Made by a program: the position numbers and the translations under genes. Below are positions 27,838 through 36,200 of a stretch of DNA of 64,000 bases, piece by piece. The notes below the pieces were generated by a model. That model did no database searches and was not told the DNA's origin. It was given only the letters and a program-made list of their open reading frames with translations. The stretch comes from a virus. How positions within the stretch are numbered: position 1 is the first letter of the stretch; each line of letters begins with the position of its first letter. The stretch covers positions 1-64,000 of IMG/VR virus record IMGVR_UViG_3300034283_001913, one strand, 5' to 3'.

Positions 27838-29328
27838 ATGAAGCCTCTAAACGCCGATTCTGCAAGCTGTACGCCGATCTCATCAAATTGTGTGATCTGG
27901 CAGGGCCCCGATATTCCGTGTATAAAACTCTGTAAAGGAGATACAATAAGCGCTGTTGTTTACAAGCTTGCTGTAGAACTCTGCACAATTATGGAGCAGA
28001 CGGATATAACTAATTATGATCTTACCTGTCTTAATATTCAGGGATGTGGGCCTAAAGATTTAGCAGAACTCATTCAGATTTTGATTGATCGTATCTGCGC
28101 TTTAGAAGGTTGTTGTAATGATAACCCACCTACACCGGGTACGGGTTGTCAAGATTGTGTTGTTAATATCGCTCCGTGTTTTTATTATACAAATGAGCTT
28201 GGGGATACGATAACTACCATGCAGCTAAACGACTATGTTTTAGCTATTGGTAATCGTGTTTGTAGCATTTTAGATCAGATCACGATCATCAATGCTATTC
28301 TTAATAACCATGAGATCCGAATCACGGCTTTAGAAAACGCTCCTCCTCCAACATTTACACTTCCTAAAGTAACACCTGTTTGTGTTCTTCCATCTGTACC
28401 TACAGATATGAACCTGGTGTTATCAGCTTTGGAATCTCAGTTCTGTACTTTACTTACAGCAACTGGGACAGCTACAAATATTTTTGATGCTATTCTTTTC
28501 CAGTGTCCTGGATTAAATAGTGCTCCAAGATTAGGAGGTCCGGGAACAATGTCTTCTATACCAGGTTGGGTAAATACTGTTCAGAATCTTTCTGACTCTA
28601 TTAAAAACATCTGGTTAACCATCTGTGATTTAAGAGCTGCGGTAGTAAATATTCAAGAGAACTGTTGTCCTCAAGCTTGTGATGGAATCGATATTACTAT
28701 TACAGCTAGTTTGACCGGAAGCACGCTTACTATTTTCCCTACAGGAACTATTCCTGCAGGATTTACACAATGTGCTCCAAGCTTCCTTACATCGTTTAAC
28801 GTGTCTGATGAAAGCGGCAACTCGATTGTTCTTACTGGTGATATTATTGGTAACCTCAATTCTAGTATTGTTTTCAATCTTGCAGCTACTCCAATCAATG
28901 TTTTAGATAATCTGACCATTACAACAACAGTATGTCTTACTAAAGATGGTAATGTCTGCAGTTATAGTCTTAGCTACTACTTAGCTAATACGGGAGACTG
29001 TCCGGTTATAACCTATAGTGTAACAGACACAACTATTAATTATAGTGGTTTGGTAACTATGACTGGTACTGCAACATATATTGTAGAACTTTGGAATGGA
29101 GCAGGAACAAGTTTGTTATCTAGCCAGTCTACTGCTCTTACTGTTCCGCCAGCAAGTCCTTTAACGGGTACCTTTAGCAGTCTTACTGCTAGCACTACTT
29201 ACAAGCTAAGAGTAAGAGTAACTTCTGGCGGATCTACTATATTTACCTGTCCATTTACTACAGTGGTGACCCTTGCTCCGGCATGTCCTCCACCAACTAG
29301 TGTTGTACCTTCAATAACTATCCCATAA
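27838..29328 (+). CDS. Cys-rich fibre-like structural protein with C-terminal FN3-like domain
   Basis: SSNCVIWQGPDIPC motif, short coiled coils and FSSLTASTTYKLRV. Confidence 0.7.
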   Translation: MKPLNADSASCTPISSNCVIWQGPDIPCIKLCKGDTISAVVYKLAVELCTIMEQTDITNYDLTCLNIQGCGPKDLAELIQILIDRICALEGCCNDNPPTPGTGCQDCVVNIAPCFYYTNELGDTITTMQLNDYVLAIGNRVCSILDQITIINAILNNHEIRITALENAPPPTFTLPKVTPVCVLPSVPTDMNLVLSALESQFCTLLTATGTATNIFDAILFQCPGLNSAPRLGGPGTMSSIPGWVNTVQNLSDSIKNIWLTICDLRAAVVNIQENCCPQACDGIDITITASLTGSTLTIFPTGTIPAGFTQCAPSFLTSFNVSDESGNSIVLTGDIIGNLNSSIVFNLAATPINVLDNLTITTTVCLTKDGNVCSYSLSYYLANTGDCPVITYSVTDTTINYSGLVTMTGTATYIVELWNGAGTSLLSSQSTALTVPPASPLTGTFSSLTASTTYKLRVRVTSGGSTIFTCPFTTVVTLAPACPPPTSVVPSITIP

Positions 29329-29329
29329 T

Positions 29330-29896
29330 ATGGCAACTTGTCCAACATGTAAATGCACAAAACTACCGTGTGGGTGTGAAGATCAAGGTCTTCACACCGG
29401 CTCACCGTGTGCTATTAATACACCATATTGTCCAAATCCTGAACCGTGTCCAGAGACATTTAGCGATTGCTGCATTATCCACAATGGAGATACTATTTAT
29501 GCGGGAGCTAATAATCCTACTCAAATATTTCCGATTGCTCAAGGAGAAAGACTTTGTGATATTCTTCAAAAAATGGTAGTGTGGCTTCAAGATCCTGAAG
29601 CTGTTATAGGAGACTGTCCGGCCGTTATAGGTATTAAATCTATGGCTATCACTTCTACAAGTATTCAGGTTGTTTGGACTACTTCCGCAGGAGCTGTTAA
29701 CTATGTAGTAGGCTATACTACCGATCCAGGTGTTGTAGCTTGGACAAATAGTGCTTCTCTTGCACCTACTACGACTAGTTATACTATTACCGGACTTACG
29801 GCAAATACTACATATTTTATAAGAGTAGTACCTACATGCTTAGCTCCTGCAAGTAACCCTTACGTCATCATTCAAGTAACGACCAAATCAGTGTAA
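29330..29896 (+). CDS. Cys-rich protein with fibronectin type III domain
   Basis: ITSTSIQVVW...SYTITGLTANTTYFIRV. Confidence 0.75.
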   Translation: MATCPTCKCTKLPCGCEDQGLHTGSPCAINTPYCPNPEPCPETFSDCCIIHNGDTIYAGANNPTQIFPIAQGERLCDILQKMVVWLQDPEAVIGDCPAVIGIKSMAITSTSIQVVWTTSAGAVNYVVGYTTDPGVVAWTNSASLAPTTTSYTITGLTANTTYFIRVVPTCLAPASNPYVIIQVTTKSV

Positions 29897-29897
29897 A

Positions 29898-30842
29898 ATG
29901 GCTCCAGTACCAGCAACGCTTCAAATAGACTTTACCAGTAATTATCCAGCAGGATCTCATAGAGTTTGCTATCGAATCGCAGGATCAGGATCACCTTATA
30001 CATGCACTACAGTAGCATGTACACCGTTTGTGCCCCCTGCTCCTCCTGTAGGTTGTCAAGCTCTTATTGCTATTACAGTAGACAACGAATCTTGTGATCC
30101 TGTAACTTACGAAGGATATGTTCAAGCTACCTGCGAAGCACTAAGTTCTACTGCGGGTAGAGGACCTTTCACAATTACATTTACTCCTGCGCCTACGTGT
30201 ACTCCAGTAAGACTTCAGTGTAACAATGTAGACATACTTAGCATTACTATTACGAACGGCGGTACAGGTTACGATCCTCTTAGTCTTCCAAATGTAACTG
30301 CAGTTGGAGGAGGAGGAACTTCTGTTCTTACAGCTGTGGTAAGTGGAGGTGGAGTACTTACGGGAATAAATGTAGTATCTTCTTCTGGATATTCTTCTTT
30401 ACCGGCAATATCTATTGATCCATCACCTGCTCCAGGCGGCGTTCAAGCAACAGCGGTTGCGGTAATGTCTCCTTGTCCTGGATTTGTTGCAGGTGATAAC
30501 TGTGACGGATCATCTAAAGGTTCTATCGGTGAACAAGAAATTGGTGCAGATTTTAATATCTGTTATACCGGTGGTTTAAGTGGAGGAGGAACTCCTGTGT
30601 TCCCTTCAGAATATACAGCTACCAATGCTACAACAGAGTGTTGCTATGATTGTAGGATTTATACTATTTCCGCAATCGATCCATCAACTGCTGTAACTTA
30701 TAGCGATTGTACAAATAACGGTAATACTGCAACAGTAAACGTATTACTAGGAGCTCCTCCAACAATTATCTGCGCAACAGAGGGATCTGTTACTGCTTAT
30801 CCTTCTTCAGGTGTAAGTATTGTAATGGGAGCAGCTTGTTAA
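29898..30842 (+). CDS. Cys/Gly/Thr-rich structural protein
   Basis: SITITNGGTGY domain and a C-terminal Cys repeat shared with 25701..27785 (ICA.EGSV). Confidence 0.7.
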   Translation: MAPVPATLQIDFTSNYPAGSHRVCYRIAGSGSPYTCTTVACTPFVPPAPPVGCQALIAITVDNESCDPVTYEGYVQATCEALSSTAGRGPFTITFTPAPTCTPVRLQCNNVDILSITITNGGTGYDPLSLPNVTAVGGGGTSVLTAVVSGGGVLTGINVVSSSGYSSLPAISIDPSPAPGGVQATAVAVMSPCPGFVAGDNCDGSSKGSIGEQEIGADFNICYTGGLSGGGTPVFPSEYTATNATTECCYDCRIYTISAIDPSTAVTYSDCTNNGNTATVNVLLGAPPTIICATEGSVTAYPSSGVSIVMGAAC

Positions 30843-30848
30843 AAATAT

Positions 30849-30914
30849 GTCATGGGTAAAGTTGGTTTACTAATGACTGACGGCGGGGGCCCTGGGGAAA
30901 CTCAGGGCTCTTTT
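30849..30914 (+). ncRNA. Candidate antisense sRNA: GUUGG-loop hairpin, linker and terminator
   Basis: GTCAT-g-GGTAAA[GTTGG]TTTACT-a-ATGAC hairpin; 30861-30882 is complementary to four start-region motifs. Confidence 0.55.
30885..30914 (+). terminator. Rho-independent terminator with GAAA tetraloop
   Basis: GGGCCCTGGG-gaaa-CTCAGGGCTC followed by TTTT. Confidence 0.85.
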
Positions 30915-30920
30915 GCATCC

Positions 30921-30970
30921 TAAACCTAGAATGTTTATTTTTATCACTCAAAAAGTTTTTGTATATTATA
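30921..30970 (+). promoter_or_regulatory. TAAAC-N7-GTTTA palindrome followed by TATATTATA promoter-like box
   Basis: Palindrome at 30921-30937; TATATTATA at 30962-30970. Confidence 0.5.
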
Positions 30971-30985
30971 TCTGCCCAAGTCATA

Positions 30986-31573
30986 ATGGAAACATTTCAA
31001 AGCCCTGATATTAAAGCTCCTCGTTTTAGATTAACATCTAAGAGTTATCTCAATCGTGAGACCTTTGATGCTTTTTTCAAAAAGCATCCAGAGTATAGCT
31101 CTTACAACATGGAAGATGTTAAAAAAATCATTAACACTTTCAACGAGATGATTTACAAGGGGATTATAGAAGAGCGCGATGGAATAGAACTTCCGGAAAA
31201 TCTTGGGAATGTTTTTATAGGATCTTGTAAAGCTCCCAAAAAACAGAACACTGATTTTTATAAATCCAAGGTATATGGAACCAGAGTGATTAATCGTAAT
31301 CTTGCTTCTGATGGATACCTTGCTAAAATATTTTATACTAACTATCAAAACAGATACAAGTTTCGTAATGCGGGTCTTTGGAAACTAAAAGGTTGTCGGG
31401 ATTTTACTAGACTTGTTTCTTCTACATATAAAGAAGATTGGCCGAAATACATTGTTATAGAAGAGTACGTAAAGATTTCTTCTATGCTCAAGAAACATAA
31501 GATTAAATCTTATGCTAAGATGAAGAGCCAAGAGCCGATCCCAGATAATTATAATGAATTTGATCTAGACTAA
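30986..31573 (+). CDS. IHF/HU-like protein of the crAss-like tail module
   Basis: VKKIINTFNEMI...GIELPENLGNVFI; ATG 30986 chosen because it lies downstream of the promoter box. Confidence 0.6.
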   Translation: METFQSPDIKAPRFRLTSKSYLNRETFDAFFKKHPEYSSYNMEDVKKIINTFNEMIYKGIIEERDGIELPENLGNVFIGSCKAPKKQNTDFYKSKVYGTRVINRNLASDGYLAKIFYTNYQNRYKFRNAGLWKLKGCRDFTRLVSSTYKEDWPKYIVIEEYVKISSMLKKHKIKSYAKMKSQEPIPDNYNEFDLD

Positions 31574-31574
31574 G

Positions 31575-32243
31575 ATGATTACAGTAGGCGACAGCATCTC
31601 ACGAGTACGTAATGTGCTTAAAGCTGTTAAGGAAGATCCTTTCTTGACAGATAGATTTATAGCTAGTATTATTCTTAAATATGCTAAGCTATTGATTAAG
31701 CGTCAAGATGATGCTAATAAAATCATGCGCTTTCAAAGCTTGTTTGATGTTTTGCCTTGTGTAGATCTTATTGAAATAGATAGAGTAGAAGCTTGCTGTG
31801 GACCAATCAGATCCAAGTGTATTATTAAGCGTACTAAAGAGCGCTTACCTCAAATACTAGAGGGAACATACGGACCTCTTTTCAGATCTGTTACATCGAT
31901 TGATGGATCTGTAGAGCTTTTCAAAACTTATCCGGCTACATATACCGCGATGAGTAACACTACTAATTTTAAGTATAACAAGACAAAATACTTCTGGTAT
32001 CTTAACGGTTATCTATACTTTCCAAATATTGAGTGGGATGCTATTCGTATCGAAGCTTTATGGGACGGGGATGTAGAATATTTTAAGTGTGATGTTGACC
32101 CTTGTCTTCCTATTCAAGATCAATCATTCAGAATACCAGAATACTTGTTTGCTGAAATAGAGCAGATGGCTCTTAAGGAAATACTTACTACTGGTCAGAT
32201 TCCATCGGATGGTGCTGATAACCAGCAAAACATTCTTAGATAA
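31575..32243 (+). CDS. Putative tail ring protein
   Basis: 222 aa with KYFWYLNGYLYF...F.IPEYL...IEQM pattern; synteny. Confidence 0.65.
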   Translation: MITVGDSISRVRNVLKAVKEDPFLTDRFIASIILKYAKLLIKRQDDANKIMRFQSLFDVLPCVDLIEIDRVEACCGPIRSKCIIKRTKERLPQILEGTYGPLFRSVTSIDGSVELFKTYPATYTAMSNTTNFKYNKTKYFWYLNGYLYFPNIEWDAIRIEALWDGDVEYFKCDVDPCLPIQDQSFRIPEYLFAEIEQMALKEILTTGQIPSDGADNQQNILR

Positions 32244-33289
32244 TGAGCTACAATTATACACTCAAATATAGAACCTTCGAGCAGCTTCTTAGCGAAGTGC
32301 TTGTAGATTTTCAGAACTATAATCTGGAAGCTTATATTGAACCTCATCAGCTAATCAAAGTAGCCAAAAGAGTTAACTATGATTTGGGGCTGAGAATCTT
32401 TATGACGAAAGAAGCAGTTCTCGAAGTAGAGAAAGGACGTGTAAAACTTCCTGATGATTTCTTTGTCTTAAACTTTGCACTCATCTGTGATGAGGTTACA
32501 GTTCACCAAGGCATGCCGCAGGGAACCTGGATAGAAGAAAGACCTTACGTTCCTTTTTATAGAGAACAACCTGCTGTTATAGATCCTTGTACAGCTCCTG
32601 TAGTTAATTGTCAAGTTTGTCAGCAACCTTCTTGTACTTGCCAAACAGCTTGCAATATAGATGGAGAGTGCACCGGATCTTTTAATCCACAAGCTCCTTA
32701 CGGTAACTATTGTAATAAACCACGGGTTTATCTTAATTGTAAAGACGAGTGCTACGAACTGGTACAGATTGTAAAAACTGAGACAAGAACATACAAGCGT
32801 CTTATTCCGATTAAGATAATTAACAATGCTCAATCTATAGATTGTGATTGTCCTAATCTTTATTGGGATACTCCTAATATGGCTTGGATAAAAGACAATT
32901 ACCTTTATACCACTTTAGACTGTGCTAAGATCTATATCAATTATCAAGGCATGTTAGAAGATGAGGAAGGTAATCTTATGGTACCTGATCATGATATGAT
33001 CAATGAGTATTATGAGTATGCTATGAAGCAACGTATCCTAGAAAATCTTATCATGAACGATGAGCCTCAAGCTGCGCAAAAACTTCAGCTTGTTGAAACA
33101 AGATACAGAGCGGCAAGAAACTATGCTTTGAGTATTGTGAATACACCAAACTGGTCAGAGATGAAACAGCTTTGGGAAATGAATCGTAGAGCACAATACG
33201 CTAAGTATTATAATATGTTCAAGAGCTATCCATGGAACCAATGGTTCCCGGGTAATCTGGGTGTGGTATCTACTAATAAAGGAAGATAA
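32243..33289 (+). CDS. Tail tubular/ring protein with Cys-rich insert
   Basis: GRVKLPDDF and IYINYQG...DEEGNLMVPD motifs; directly precedes the muzzle gene. Confidence 0.7.
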   Translation: MSYNYTLKYRTFEQLLSEVLVDFQNYNLEAYIEPHQLIKVAKRVNYDLGLRIFMTKEAVLEVEKGRVKLPDDFFVLNFALICDEVTVHQGMPQGTWIEERPYVPFYREQPAVIDPCTAPVVNCQVCQQPSCTCQTACNIDGECTGSFNPQAPYGNYCNKPRVYLNCKDECYELVQIVKTETRTYKRLIPIKIINNAQSIDCDCPNLYWDTPNMAWIKDNYLYTTLDCAKIYINYQGMLEDEEGNLMVPDHDMINEYYEYAMKQRILENLIMNDEPQAAQKLQLVETRYRAARNYALSIVNTPNWSEMKQLWEMNRRAQYAKYYNMFKSYPWNQWFPGNLGVVSTNKGR

Positions 33290-36200
33290 TGGCAGGTTTG
33301 CAAAATACATCTAGTCAAGATCCTCGTCGTTTTGACAAGGAGATGAATGAAGATATAAATGATTTTCATCTCTCGCCGGATTCTTGGACACAAGCTCGTA
33401 ACGCTATCAATAACTCTAAAACAGGAGATATTGGTAAGATAGGTAATGAGCCGTCAAATCTTTTTTGTACAAAAGCTCCTTATCCTATAATCGGTGTAAT
33501 ACATACTCAAGCTGATGAATGGGTTGTGTTTTCTACAGACGATGTAAATTCTGAGATAGGTACTTTCAAAGAGTCTAGCTGTACTTACACTACTTTAGTT
33601 AATGATCCTTGTCTTGCTTTTGATAGAGCTAATCTTATCAAAGGAGTGTCTCGCCCTACCGGAGAATGTAGTTTCAAGGTATACTGGGATGATGGAAAAA
33701 ATCCTTCTAGAGTTCTTGATTTAGAAAATATTCCTTGGATACAAGTTTGTACTGATGAGAATGGTGTAGTTATTCCTGGTCCTGCTGGCTATGATCCTGT
33801 TGGATGTATTACATGTGTAGATACTACTAATCTTGATTGTGATAAAATACGGTTAGCAAGACTTGTTACACAACCTTGTATAACAGTACAAAAAGGTACA
33901 GGCGGAGGAACATTACCAAACGGTTCTTACTTTGCGGTAATAGCTTATACAATCGGGGGATCAAATACTGAAATAAGTAGTCAAAAAGTTACTGATTACT
34001 TTCCTCCGAGCAATCTTCAAAGTTTATTTGATCATGAAAATGTAGCTGGTTCTTTAGATATTATTATAGATTCTATTGATCCAGATTTTGATGAGTATGA
34101 GCTTGTTTTAGTATCAATTATTAATCAGCAAACTGTAGCTCGCCGAGTAGGTATTTATAGTACTCAGCAAAAGAGAGTTACTCTCGATATTATTGATTCT
34201 CGCTGGGTAAGTGTACCTATTGAAAACATTCCTATTCGTACTACAGTATTTGAAAGATCTGATGCGATGTTTTCTGTAAATGACTATTTGATCAGAACGG
34301 GACCTCGTGCAAGATTTGATTTTAACTACCAGCCTTTAGCTAACCAGATTGTTACAAAATGGGTAGCTGTTGAGTATGATCAAGACTATTATAAGGATGG
34401 CGGATCAAATACTGGTTATATGCGCGATGAAGTATATGCGTTCTTCATACGCTGGATATATGACACCGGTGATAAGTCTGCATCATATCATATTCCAGGA
34501 AGACCAGCTTTTGCCGGAGAAAAGAATTTTCAGGTATCAGATGCTCTTCCTGAAGAAATATCAGGAGGCTTTAACTATAAGTGGGTAATAGAAAATACAG
34601 CTTCACAAATCGGCCCTCCAACAGCAATCCCTACAGCAGATGGCGGATTTCAGATTGCTGAAGGATACATGGGCTATTGGGAGTCTACTGAAGAATACCC
34701 TGATAAAAAACCAGAGATTTGGAATGCCAATGATCCAGCGCATCCGTGGACAGCTCCTAACATAGTACCTTATCCAGGTACCAATCCTAATGCTAATGGT
34801 GATTATGATCTCTGTGGAGAAAAGATTCGTCATCATCGTTTTCCAGATAGTATTTTGAACTTTACAAATGGTACAGCAAACCACTTTGTAGGTTCTTCTC
34901 CCAATTTTAATGGTGATCCCGCGATACGGATAATGGGCGTAAAGTTTGAAAACGTGCGCCCACCCGTAGACAATCAGGGTAACATTATTTCTGGTGTTGT
35001 AGGATTTGAAATCTTGCGTAGCACCCGTCAAGGGAATCGTACAGTTCTTGCTAAAGGTGTAGTATCCAATATGGGTGTCTACACTATTGAAGGCAACATT
35101 ACACCTCGCACCGGTTTATATCCTAACTATCCTTACAACGATCTTAATATAGATCCTTTCTTATCTGCTACAGAAACTAATGCGCCTGTTTGCAAAATAG
35201 ATGGTTCTCCTACGGCTGCAGGAGATGGCTATACGCCAGTAGGAAGTTTTTCTAATACTATTTATAGTTTCCATTCCCCTGATACAAACTTTAGTAAACC
35301 TTTTTTATCAGGAAAAGAGTTTAAGATTTATGAAGAACTAAGAGGCACTGTTACAGGGAAGTTTGAGTTTTCTGAAAGACATCCTAAGACTAAGCTTATT
35401 TCTAATACAGCTTTTTATACATCAGTTATTGTAGGTATAGGTATAGCATCTGTGGCTATGAATGGGGAAAGAACCATTCGTAGAAACATGCCGTATCAAA
35501 TCATGACTCCTACGGATCTTATTACAAATGCTCCAGGAGTTGCTGCAGCAAACGCTGGTTATGGTGTTATGGCAACAGCCCTTGCTACCGCTAACGCTGC
35601 TGCTTGGGATGCTGGAGGAATTTTAGGTTTGAATGCTTTAGGATTTGGTCCAGGAACTTATTATGCAACTCTTGCGACTATTGGAGCTACTGCAGGAATT
35701 ATTCCTGGATTAGCTGGATATAGTTATCAAATTGATCAAAAAGGAGGAGCAACTGAAGATATTCCTGTTCCGTTACTTATTGTTCAAGGTATCCCTACTT
35801 TTATATCGTTTTGGTCGCAGGGGGTTGATTCAACACTAGATCTTATAAGATCTATTATTAAATATAGAGATTTTGCTCTTAAGTATAATTCTCATTGTTT
35901 GTATGATTCTTTTGCTATTCCTCCAGTATCTGGTGATCGTCGTAGAAGTATTATCGAGCAAAGTTATCTTGGGCCGAACATTTTAGATTTTGGTAGCAAC
36001 TATCGAATCAACAATCTGTTTAGATCTACTACTGTAGCTTTACAAGTAAATTCTCCATTACCTTTTCCTGTAGGTGATAATACTCGTCAGCTTGCTACAT
36101 CTCCTGTAGCCAATCTTATGGAACCATATGGATTGTTTAATAATCAAATGAGACTTATCAATCCAACAGCAAAAGCTTTCACTACAAATTCGGTTTGCTA

